Shown piece after piece: positions 1-8,314 of a stretch of DNA of 64,000 nt. The position numbers were made by a program, and so were the translations under genes. The stretch comes from a virus. Numbering within the stretch: position 1 is the first letter of the stretch; each line of letters begins with the position of its first letter. The notes below the pieces were generated by a model. The model saw nothing but the letters and a program-made list of their open reading frames with translations. It did not search any database and was not told the origin of the DNA. Location: positions 1-64,000 of IMG/VR virus record IMGVR_UViG_3300042446_000499; one strand, given 5' to 3'.

Positions 1-35
1 ATGGCTATTAGTAATAATTCAACTGGGGCTAAGTA

Positions 36-617
36 ATGTCAGTATCTAATCTTTCTACGGGCATGCGCCCTGGCGTATGTCTGTCTACAAGTCGCCCTAC
101 GGTTCCTTACGAGGGTCAAATGATTTACGAGACCGACACGGACATGGTGGCTATTTGGAACGGCACATCATGGCGGTATGTCTCTGCTACTACGCCAACC
201 AACGGGACAGTGTTGCAAGTTGTTATTGGGACATATAGCACCCAAACTGGAAAATCAAATGGAACTTTTGGTTCTACTGGGTTAACGGCAACAATCACAC
301 CTAAATCAACATCAAGTAAAATTCTTGTTATGTTTACACAAACATCAAGTACAAGTGGTGGTGGTGTTACTTTGGGTTTAAGACTCGTACAAACTATTGG
401 CGGGTCAGATACGGTTTTGCAAACTTGGTCTTATGCTTTAATGTCTGCTTCTAATGTTATTTATAGCAACTTTTCACAAAATGTTCTTGCATCACCAGCA
501 ACAACAAGTGCGGTAACTTTTAGGACTGATATGAATAGTTCTACAGGTTCAGGCGATGTTTATACACAGGTGGGCAATACACCTAGCAACATCACCCTTA
601 TGGAGATTGCAGGGTAG
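36..617 (+). CDS. Minor tail/fibre-associated protein
   Basis: N-terminal RPTVPYEGQMIYETDT..WNGTSW motif typical of phage tail-fibre modules; Thr/Ser-rich beta C-domain (ATITPKSTSSKILV...ITLMEI). Confidence 0.6.
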   Translation: MSVSNLSTGMRPGVCLSTSRPTVPYEGQMIYETDTDMVAIWNGTSWRYVSATTPTNGTVLQVVIGTYSTQTGKSNGTFGSTGLTATITPKSTSSKILVMFTQTSSTSGGGVTLGLRLVQTIGGSDTVLQTWSYALMSASNVIYSNFSQNVLASPATTSAVTFRTDMNSSTGSGDVYTQVGNTPSNITLMEIAG

Positions 618-654
618 CACCTGCTACACTTACCACATAACAAAGGAGCCTTAA

Positions 655-789
655 ATGGAACTACAAACTGATGACCTCATCAATGGCCTACTTGAAGAAG
701 TAAAGCGCCTTACCCTTGAAAACATTGCTTATAAAGCCGCATTGCAAAAGATGTCAAATGCGTCAGATAGCCCTATCTCAGAAGAATAA
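655..789 (+). CDS. Small coiled-coil hypothetical protein (44 aa, MELQTDDLINGLLEEVKRL...)
   Basis: Not in ORF track; AAAGGAG RBS at about 642-648; TAATG overlap with next gene. Confidence 0.7.
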   Translation: MELQTDDLINGLLEEVKRLTLENIAYKAALQKMSNASDSPISEE

Positions 790-2153
790 TGCATAGCGCA
801 CACCCAATACATAGGGCACTTGTTACCTTTTCAAATAGCACCACAGGAGAAATCCGTGTAAAAATACCAGCATTGCTGGGCGCTGATTCTGAAGTAGCAA
901 TCTCTTATATTGGGCGCAAAGCACCATGGGCTGTCCCTGCTATTGGTGACCAGATAGTTGTAACGTCAGATGACACTAACTTAACTAATGTCTTTTGGCT
1001 ACAGACAGATAATGCTTATGCTACCACTGCCGTTAGTGCTGGGACTGCTACGTACGCTACCACTGCTGGTAGCGCCACTAATGCCACTAATGCCACTAAT
1101 GCTACTAATGCTACTAATGCCACTTACGCTACTAGTGCTGGTACAGCACATATCCCAATTTTTGCCAATGCGACTGCTCGTTCTACTGCTATTCCTTCTC
1201 CAACTGAAGGAATGCTTACATATTTGCAGGATGTAAATAGCCTATTTATTTATAGCGGTACTGCTTGGGCACCTACTGCTGGTACGGCACCGAGAGGCAC
1301 TTATACAGGCGCACCAACAGTAGGTGATTACACACTTGCTGTAGATGGTTACGAAGGCAGAAGTTATATGTGGTACAAGGCGAGTGGAACTTTTGTTTGT
1401 ACATCTGCTGGTTTTTGCGACATTGTTGTTACAGGCGGTGGAGGTGGCGGTGGCTCACTTGGCGGAGGCGGAGGCGGAGGCGGAGTAAATGAATATAAAC
1501 AGGTATTCATGCCTGTCGGCACATACGAAATCTTTATTGGCGCAGGCGGAGCAGGCGGTACAAGTGGTGGGAAAGGAAGTACAGGGGGAGATACTAGAGT
1601 TATTACCCCTAATCCCCCTGACCATTTTCTTTATGGAGGCGGTGGAGGCGGTGGAGGCGGTCAAAACGCAGGCGGTGTTAGTATTTACGGTGGCAATGCT
1701 ATCGGAGGCGGGGGCGGTCATTCCTATTCAGGAGTGAACACAGGAAGCGAAATGAACTACGGAAATGGTTATTACGCCACAAATGGTGGTTACGGATACA
1801 CAGGGAACCCATACAAAGGCGGAGGTGGCGGTGGTTCTAGAGGTGCTGGTTCGCACGCATCATTATATACAGGTGGAGATGGTGGAGCGGGTTTACCAAT
1901 GATGTTCCCTGGTGGTACTCTTGGCGTTTTTGGCGCAGGCGGTGGTGGTAGTTACCACGGAAATTACGGAGGTTTTGAAGGTAGGGGTGGAAGTAGTTAT
2001 TCTGGAGGCAGAGGGGCTGGCGCTCAGGCTGGCTTTGCTGGTTCTGATGGTAACGGCAGTGGCGGCGGTGGCGGTGGCTATTTAAGCGGTACTTACTATG
2101 CAGGCGGTAGAGGCGGAAACGGCTCAGTAGTGTTTTGGGGTGTAAATGTTTAA
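789..2153 (+). CDS. Baseplate spike-like N-terminal domain fused to glycine-rich fibre domain
   Basis: GEIRVKIP...VPAIGDQIVV resembles gpV/gp5 OB-fold; ATN repeats; PSPTEGMLTYL motif; long GGGGG-rich C-terminus. Confidence 0.6.
   Translation: MHSAHPIHRALVTFSNSTTGEIRVKIPALLGADSEVAISYIGRKAPWAVPAIGDQIVVTSDDTNLTNVFWLQTDNAYATTAVSAGTATYATTAGSATNATNATNATNATNATYATSAGTAHIPIFANATARSTAIPSPTEGMLTYLQDVNSLFIYSGTAWAPTAGTAPRGTYTGAPTVGDYTLAVDGYEGRSYMWYKASGTFVCTSAGFCDIVVTGGGGGGGSLGGGGGGGGVNEYKQVFMPVGTYEIFIGAGGAGGTSGGKGSTGGDTRVITPNPPDHFLYGGGGGGGGGQNAGGVSIYGGNAIGGGGGHSYSGVNTGSEMNYGNGYYATNGGYGYTGNPYKGGGGGGSRGAGSHASLYTGGDGGAGLPMMFPGGTLGVFGAGGGGSYHGNYGGFEGRGGSSYSGGRGAGAQAGFAGSDGNGSGGGGGGYLSGTYYAGGRGGNGSVVFWGVNV
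1074..1127 (+). repeat. 9-bp tandem repeat (GCYACTAAT x5 plus GCCACTTAC) encoding ATN repeats
   Basis: Read directly from sequence. Confidence 0.9.
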
Positions 2154-2478
2154 TGTAGAAATCCCCGAAGTAGAACCAAGCAATAATGTTTGGGCAAAAT
2201 TAAATAGCGAAAGCATCGTTGAGAACTTAATTGTTGCTGAAGAAGAAATAGTTAGCGCATTTGACAATCCCGATATGTACATCTTTATAGGTGACAACGA
2301 TGCACTCAATGTTTGTATCGGCGATTTCTATGATGGTGTAAACTACTTGTCTCCAAAGCCTTACGAGTCATGGGTTTTAGTAAATAACGCTTGGGAACCT
2401 CCGCATGCAATGCCTGCTGATGGAAAAATGTACAGGTGGGATGGCGAAGAAGACGACTGGGTATTCATGCATGATTGA
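2146..2478 (+). CDS. Acidic fibre-associated protein (possible fibre chaperone)
   Basis: IGDFYDG..SPKPYESWVL..WEPP..MP..GKMYRWD motif typical of genes following Gly-rich fibres. Confidence 0.5.
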   Translation: MFNVEIPEVEPSNNVWAKLNSESIVENLIVAEEEIVSAFDNPDMYIFIGDNDALNVCIGDFYDGVNYLSPKPYESWVLVNNAWEPPHAMPADGKMYRWDGEEDDWVFMHD

Positions 2479-2485
2479 TTTAAGA

Positions 2486-2497
2486 TAAACTGTATTC
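2486..2497 (+). promoter_or_regulatory. Leaderless-type -10 element (TAAACT, 6 nt before ATG)
   Basis: TANNNT hexamer, no SD; same geometry at many other genes. Confidence 0.55.
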
Positions 2498-3025
2498 ATG
2501 ACCAGAAAATACTCTTATTACCCCAGTTTTGACGGAAAAAAGGCACAGCCTGGAACCTTAAAATTAGCCGAACTTTGTGCCAAGAGATACAAAGCCACCA
2601 ATATGGGAATTTATGTTGCCCGATTGATGCGAAATTCTCATACCGAAGGTAAGAAGATTGGTGACCCAGGCATGGAAAAGTGGATGTCTGTTCATGCCAC
2701 TGGAGCCGCTATAGACCTTGGGTACACTGACCGTAAGGTTGGCGTTGCTATGTGGGACTTCTTGTTGGCACACACGTTAGAACTTGGCATTGAAGAAATC
2801 CACGACTACGCATTTGACACAAACGTCAAGGACAAAGTGCAGGGTTATGGAAGAGGCTTCAGGTGCTCAAGAGGAGAAAATTCTAAAGGGGTAAAGATTT
2901 TCACCAAGGATGATAACGCTGGAAGTTTTGGGGGCAAGTGGTTGCATGTAGAACTTTCTCCAGAGATGGCTAAAGACGCTGCAAAGTTTGAAGCCGCATG
3001 GCGAGCAATTCCAAAGCCTGAATAA
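2498..3025 (+). CDS. Endolysin, M15-like Zn peptidase
   Basis: SVHATGAAID (SxHxxGxAxD) and WLHVE Zn-ligand motifs. Confidence 0.75.
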   Translation: MTRKYSYYPSFDGKKAQPGTLKLAELCAKRYKATNMGIYVARLMRNSHTEGKKIGDPGMEKWMSVHATGAAIDLGYTDRKVGVAMWDFLLAHTLELGIEEIHDYAFDTNVKDKVQGYGRGFRCSRGENSKGVKIFTKDDNAGSFGGKWLHVELSPEMAKDAAKFEAAWRAIPKPE

Positions 3026-3042
3026 TACGGTAGGCTAAACAG

Positions 3043-3534
3043 ATGCCTCGTAAACCACCAGGAATTCAACCAGCAGGACGTGAACGTCTTCGTAAAAACT
3101 GGGATGACATTGAAACAAGTAGCCCTACCCCGTCATGGTTGACGGGTGGTGGTCTTTCTGAAAAAGGTCAGCAATTCCAAGAGCAGATTGATGAATCTAA
3201 TAAAGAATATAATTCTTTGTTTGATACTAAAACAGTTATCTCAATCCCAGAACCTGACTATTACCAAGGTCCAGAACTAAGTACTCGTGTTATTAAACAT
3301 CGTTTTGTACCTAATAAAATGACTGGGCTGACTGGTACTGCGTATGTACAGTTTGGTGGAACACGTAAAAATGGAAAACGTAAAACTGAAGATATATATG
3401 CGTATTACAACGTGCCCCCTTCGGTATACTTAGACTTTTGTCAATCAGATTCAAAAGGGCAAACAATTGATGCATGGACTACCAACTATCCTGACTACAG
3501 AAAACTTAATGACCCGTCTGTTTTCTCGCTTTAA
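3043..3534 (+). CDS. KTSC-domain protein
   Basis: YVQF...YAYYNVPPSVYLDFCQSDSKG matches KTSC consensus; TAGGCT 6 nt upstream of ATG. Confidence 0.7.
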   Translation: MPRKPPGIQPAGRERLRKNWDDIETSSPTPSWLTGGGLSEKGQQFQEQIDESNKEYNSLFDTKTVISIPEPDYYQGPELSTRVIKHRFVPNKMTGLTGTAYVQFGGTRKNGKRKTEDIYAYYNVPPSVYLDFCQSDSKGQTIDAWTTNYPDYRKLNDPSVFSL

Positions 3535-3922
3535 AAAAGCAATACCATATTGGCCTTTAATTGGTTTTATCCTTTCAGTAGCCTTTACCGTTTTCATAAG
3601 CCCATACTGGATTTTAGATATAGTCCTATTCGGTTATTTTCTATTTAAAGACACCATCAATAGCGTCCAGTCAGCAGGACCTGTGTATTGGATTACAAGA
3701 GATTACGATAAATCCCAGAAACTGTACGTTGGCTCTGGGTTTATGCGTGAAATAGATGAACCTTGGCGCATTGGTAAAGGTCTTCAAATATCTTTACACA
3801 AAAAATCATTTCAAATAGGCTTGTGCAAGAAAACGAAATACAAAGACCAGCAAGAAGCAGAACTTGGGGTTTTAGGTGCTAGGTTTATGGACACTAGACC
3901 AACAGACATCGGGAATTGGTAA
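3509..3922 (+). CDS. Membrane protein (two N-terminal hydrophobic helices)
   Basis: WPLIGFILSVAFTVFISPYWILDIVLFGYFLF; start chosen at ATG 3509. Confidence 0.55.
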   Translation: MTRLFSRFKKAIPYWPLIGFILSVAFTVFISPYWILDIVLFGYFLFKDTINSVQSAGPVYWITRDYDKSQKLYVGSGFMREIDEPWRIGKGLQISLHKKSFQIGLCKKTKYKDQQEAELGVLGARFMDTRPTDIGNW

Positions 3923-4134
3923 TGCGTTTCTTCAATAAAGAACTAAAAGATAAAGCAGACAGTCGTGTATCCAAGATGGAAACACCAGCATTAGTGGGGT
4001 GGCTTGATAGTTCCATCATGACCTTTGGTCAAGCATTTGATGAATGGCGCTTCAGAAATGGCAACAAAGAAACCGTAACCGAAGCCATTACTGCCATTAA
4101 TTCCATTTGGGATGAATTAGAGCGACGTAGTTAG
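3922..4134 (+). CDS. Hypothetical protein
   Basis: TAATG-coupled ORF before terminase. Confidence 0.6.
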   Translation: MRFFNKELKDKADSRVSKMETPALVGWLDSSIMTFGQAFDEWRFRNGNKETVTEAITAINSIWDELERRS

Positions 4135-4148
4135 ACTATTATTGTATT

Positions 4149-5705
4149 GTGCTAACAGAAGAAGAACAAACAGAACTACTTGCGGAAGAGATAGTAGAGG
4201 AACTTGACGAAACCTCTGCGGAATTCCTAGACAACCTTGTAAAAAGGTTGCTTGTATTTACCGAAGAGTTCTGCGATATAGAGTTTTTCCCTTATCAGGT
4301 GCCTATTGCCTACCGCATTATTGAGTCCATTGTCTTAGGAGACGGTGAAGAACTGACAGTGGTGGCTACACGCCAGTCAGGTAAATCTGAAGTACTGTCA
4401 GCAGTTATGGCTGGCATGATGGTCATCTTGCCAAAGTTGGCTCCCATCTACCCAACATGGTTAGGAAAGTTTGCTAAGGGCTTTTGGGTTGGAGTATTTG
4501 CACCAACCGAAGAACAGGCTGAAACTGTGTTTGGGCGTATTGTCTCAAAACTGACAAGTGACCACGCTCTGGACTTCCTACTTGACCCTGAGATTGATGA
4601 CAAGGCTACATCGGGTGGTACTCGTGGACGTGGTCGTATCATCACTTTGAAGCACTCTGGGTCACTCTGCCGTATGCAGACCTGTAACCCCAAGGCAAAG
4701 ATTGAATCTAAAACCTACCATTTTGTTCTTATTGACGAGGCTCAGGAAGCCGACGAATTCATGGTTAACAAATCAATCAAACCCATGTTGGCGTTCAACA
4801 ACGGCTCTATTTGTTTAACTGGAACGGCTAGTAGAAACAAATGTTATTTCTATAAGGCAATTCAGTACAACAAACGTCGTGCTGTAAGTGGTCGCAAAGT
4901 TCGTCCATGTCATTTTGAATATGACTATAAGACCGCATCAAAATATAATGATAACTACGGCAAGTTTATTTCTAAAGAAAAACTGCGTATTGGTGAGGAC
5001 TCAGACGAATTCCAGATGTCTTATGTAAACAAATGGATTCTTGAAAAAGGTATGTTTGTTACCGAAGAGCGCATGGACCGCCTGTATGACCCTTCTATGG
5101 GTCTTGTAAAGCAATGGTGGAGAACACCAGTTGTTATTGGTATTGACGTTGCTCGTGCAAACGACTCTACAGTTGTCACAGTTCTTTGGGTTGACTGGGA
5201 CCACCCAGACCCATTTGGTTTCTATGAGCACCGAATCCTCAACTGGCTTGAGATTAACAACGAAGAATGGGAAACCCAATACTTTGAAATAATTGACTTC
5301 ATCCGTAACTATGATGTGTTACGTATGGGTGTTGACGCCCAAGGTGTTGGTGGTGCTGTGGCGGAACGCCTACAGGTCCTTCTTCCCGACATTGAGGTTC
5401 TTGCTGTGTCTTCTGATTCCAAGGCTCAAAACGAACGATGGGTTCATCTAACTGAACTTATCCAGCGTGAGCAATTGATTATCCCTGGTCATAGTAAGGC
5501 TCGCCGCAACCGTACTTGGAAACGTTTTAACCAACAAATGTCAGACCTTGAAAAGGTATACAGAGGTCCATATATGCTTGCCGCCGCCCCGAATGAAAAG
5601 GGAGCCTTTGATGACTACCCAGACTCCTTGGCTATTGCCTGTCATATGACCATTCAAGATACTATGCCTCAGATTATGATTAGCGAAAATCCGTTTTTCA
5701 GGTAG
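4149..5705 (+). CDS. terL: Terminase large subunit
   Basis: Walker A ATRQSGKS, Walker B VLIDEAQ, nuclease GIDVAR and DDYPDSLA motifs. Confidence 0.93.
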   Translation: MLTEEEQTELLAEEIVEELDETSAEFLDNLVKRLLVFTEEFCDIEFFPYQVPIAYRIIESIVLGDGEELTVVATRQSGKSEVLSAVMAGMMVILPKLAPIYPTWLGKFAKGFWVGVFAPTEEQAETVFGRIVSKLTSDHALDFLLDPEIDDKATSGGTRGRGRIITLKHSGSLCRMQTCNPKAKIESKTYHFVLIDEAQEADEFMVNKSIKPMLAFNNGSICLTGTASRNKCYFYKAIQYNKRRAVSGRKVRPCHFEYDYKTASKYNDNYGKFISKEKLRIGEDSDEFQMSYVNKWILEKGMFVTEERMDRLYDPSMGLVKQWWRTPVVIGIDVARANDSTVVTVLWVDWDHPDPFGFYEHRILNWLEINNEEWETQYFEIIDFIRNYDVLRMGVDAQGVGGAVAERLQVLLPDIEVLAVSSDSKAQNERWVHLTELIQREQLIIPGHSKARRNRTWKRFNQQMSDLEKVYRGPYMLAAAPNEKGAFDDYPDSLAIACHMTIQDTMPQIMISENPFFR

Positions 5706-5765
5706 ATACCCTTAAAGTAGTGTAAAGTGGTATTAAGTAAACCACATCCCTATTTGGAGGATTAA

Positions 5766-6167
5766 GTGACCGTATCACCAAACCCAATGTTCCCTGAAAA
5801 GGGCGTTAACGTTTTTGAGAGCAGTTTTGCTCCTAGCATCCCAATGAATAAAGGACCTCTTCGTTTTGAAGAAGGTGTTGCAACAGACACTGATGTTCCT
5901 CATGACTTCGCTCAGGGTGCATACATGGACACCTCACCTAATGGTGGTCGCATGAACCATAGCAATCCTGAAGCACAGTTTAAGCATGCAATGGACACCA
6001 TGCGTGAACGTGCTCACGTAGGCTCTGCCGCTTGGATTGAAGCCCCAACAGTCTTGTCAGACTTTGTACAGGGTGCAATGAGTGGCGATGCAATGCCACA
6101 GTTTGAGTATGCCTTCAATACAGGTGCTCACATGAACCGTCCAAACCCAACTGTCGTAAACGACTAA
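5766..6167 (+). CDS. Hypothetical (probable virion) protein
   Basis: GGAGG RBS; GPLRFEEGVATDTDVP motif; lies between terminase and portal. Confidence 0.6.
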   Translation: MTVSPNPMFPEKGVNVFESSFAPSIPMNKGPLRFEEGVATDTDVPHDFAQGAYMDTSPNGGRMNHSNPEAQFKHAMDTMRERAHVGSAAWIEAPTVLSDFVQGAMSGDAMPQFEYAFNTGAHMNRPNPTVVND

Positions 6168-6170
6168 ATA

Positions 6171-6704
6171 ATGGACGCAGGCGCTCCACCAAGTGGTGCC
6201 CCTGCCACAGGAGACAGTGGTGCACCCACTACTGGGGATAGTGGAGAACAAGACGTACAGAGGGTAGGTTTACCTTCTATTACTTCATCAGTCTCTGGCT
6301 TACCTATTTCTCCTGTATACGCAGGTGCATTAGGTACTTATAAATTTGATGTTGGTCGCTCTCGGAAATCTTCTTTCCATGCCTCCCGACAGTCCTACAC
6401 GTATTCTCAGGCTGAAGTACGTAACAAATACGTACCACAGCGCCGTGGTTCTCAAGCCCAAGTAGCACAACAAAAGACCATGGAAGGTACGGGAGAAGTA
6501 TTCACCGACCCTCTGGATGAATTTAAGCCTCAAGTGTTTAAAGAAGCCCGTCGTTCTACGGACATTGGTAATGGTGCTGATGAACACAAGCGCCGTGAGC
6601 CTGCTGGAAAATACCGTGGTGCTGGTAAAGAGGCGTACCGCCAAGGTAACCGTGGTAACTCAGAAACATCTGTAAACCGCCAACTCAGGTACTCACAGGG
6701 ATAA
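6171..6704 (+). CDS. Hypothetical low-complexity basic protein
   Basis: ORF tiles between neighbours; GAPxTGDSG duplication at N-terminus. Confidence 0.55.
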   Translation: MDAGAPPSGAPATGDSGAPTTGDSGEQDVQRVGLPSITSSVSGLPISPVYAGALGTYKFDVGRSRKSSFHASRQSYTYSQAEVRNKYVPQRRGSQAQVAQQKTMEGTGEVFTDPLDEFKPQVFKEARRSTDIGNGADEHKRREPAGKYRGAGKEAYRQGNRGNSETSVNRQLRYSQG

Positions 6705-6706
6705 TT

Positions 6707-7750
6707 GTGGCAACTCCTCTTTTTAAAATTCTTCAGCAAGTTTCTGATACTGACCTAAGCCGCATTCCACCAGCCCGTGCTGGCGCACAGTTCAAGCAGT
6801 TTGCACAGTCCAGAGGCGCTAGTCGTAACTTGCAACTATTGGTTGGTCAAAAATCCAACACAAAGACAAATAAAAACGAAACTTCTACAAACCCAATGGC
6901 ACAGCGTGGTTTACAAGCCACACTTGCTCTGGCACCTGCTGGTACATCGGGAGTTGCTGATACTTGCGGTTCTTGCTCTACACCTGGATGCCGAGAAAAC
7001 TGTCTTAGTGATGCAGGTCGTTTTTCAAATGATGCTTCACAACGTGCCCAACGTGTTCGTACTGAGTTTGGCGCAGAACACCCTGACCTTTTCTTGGCAC
7101 ACCTTCGTGACTCACAACGAAGCCACGCTGAAGAGGCTTGGGCAGCAGGTCTTCACCCCGTGTTCCGTAGAAACACTTTGAGTGACATCCCGTGGCATAA
7201 ACTTCCTACGGCTCCTACTCTTATTGGAGAATACGAAGAACATCCAAGTGGCATTATGATTCCAAAAGATTTGCAACACCTTCCTGGTGCATCTACATCT
7301 GAATACACAAAAGAAGACATGCGTGGTGTTGTGGATAAAGAAGAAGACATTCCGTACAGAAGCGTTAATCTTACACGTAGCGTTAGTGAACTTACGACTG
7401 CCCCACGTATTGAACAGGTACTAGAAGGTGGTGGTAACGTTGCTGTTCCAGTTGCAAAAAAGAAGAAAGACACTCCTCACGAATTTTTAACTGTTGAAGA
7501 TTCATCAGGACGTACCGTTACTGCACCAACATTTGACATGGACCGTGACGACGCTCGTTGGGCAGACCCAGAGCAAGGGCACATTGGTGTCCTAACTGAA
7601 AAACAACGTGGTTCTTTTGGTTCAGGTGAATATGCATTAAATCCTCATACCAATAGGTTTGGGTTTGTACGCCCACACACTGCTGGTCAAGCCTCTGACG
7701 TTCCTGTTCGCATTCGCCGTCAGCACTTTGATGCTGGACATGGAATGTAA
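6707..7750 (+). CDS. GP88-like Cys-cluster protein (radical-SAM-like fold)
   Basis: CGSCSTPGCRENCL..AGR, RxNxxSD..W, YTK, SVSE, GGNVAVP, DxDDxR motifs resemble phage gene-product-88 family. Confidence 0.6.
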   Translation: MATPLFKILQQVSDTDLSRIPPARAGAQFKQFAQSRGASRNLQLLVGQKSNTKTNKNETSTNPMAQRGLQATLALAPAGTSGVADTCGSCSTPGCRENCLSDAGRFSNDASQRAQRVRTEFGAEHPDLFLAHLRDSQRSHAEEAWAAGLHPVFRRNTLSDIPWHKLPTAPTLIGEYEEHPSGIMIPKDLQHLPGASTSEYTKEDMRGVVDKEEDIPYRSVNLTRSVSELTTAPRIEQVLEGGGNVAVPVAKKKKDTPHEFLTVEDSSGRTVTAPTFDMDRDDARWADPEQGHIGVLTEKQRGSFGSGEYALNPHTNRFGFVRPHTAGQASDVPVRIRRQHFDAGHGM

Positions 7751-7753
7751 TAC

Positions 7754-7954
7754 ATGGACCCCGCACTTGCCACTATTATCGTTGCGGTAATAACAACCTT
7801 TGGTTTTTCCATTAAAGAGTTTAAAACAATGAAAAAGGCTAACTCCCTTGACCACGGTCAAGTAATGCAACAATTAAATAAAGTACAAAGTAGTGTTGAT
7901 AAAGTTGGGGACCGCCTTAACGACCACATTGACTGGCATGTAGATAAGCAGTAG
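7754..7954 (+). CDS. Small membrane protein, holin-like
   Basis: One N-terminal TM helix, coiled coil, HIDWH tail. Confidence 0.5.
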   Translation: MDPALATIIVAVITTFGFSIKEFKTMKKANSLDHGQVMQQLNKVQSSVDKVGDRLNDHIDWHVDKQ

Positions 7955-7984
7955 TTGACAGCCTGACTGGGATGATAGTATGTT
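7955..7984 (+). promoter_or_regulatory. Sigma70/SigA-type promoter (TTGACA-N18-TATGTT)
   Basis: Perfect -35 in an intergenic gap upstream of 8030. Confidence 0.45.
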
Positions 7985-8029
7985 GGTGATGTGGTTTGTG
8001 AATAAACCGCACTAACAGAAGGAATACCA

Positions 8030-8314
8030 GTGGAAACACATTCACTTGTTGAGGCATTAAAAACGCCACAAGCACACGGTATAGGCGTGAATTGCAAATT
8101 CTCACAGATTCGTGACCTCCTCTCTGCGGAAGAGATGGAAGCCCTAGATAAAGCAGTTGACGGTATTCGTCAAGATGCTGGGATGGGAAAGTCCAAAAGG
8201 TTTAGCGCCTCATGGTTATCAAAAGTACTTGATTCTTTTGGTCATTTTGTAAGTGTTTCAACTGTTCAACGCCACGTAAACAAGGAGTGCTCTTGTGAGC
8301 GAATTAGCCGATAA
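8030..8314 (+). CDS. Hypothetical protein, possible Zn/HTH
   Basis: VSTVQRHVNKECSC C-terminus; precedes metallophosphoesterase. Confidence 0.55.
   Translation: METHSLVEALKTPQAHGIGVNCKFSQIRDLLSAEEMEALDKAVDGIRQDAGMGKSKRFSASWLSKVLDSFGHFVSVSTVQRHVNKECSCERISR

Noticed and set aside
1430-2120. GGCGGT/GGAGGC repeats as DNA repeat or G4 element
   Set aside because: Explained by poly-Gly coding with varied synonymous codons
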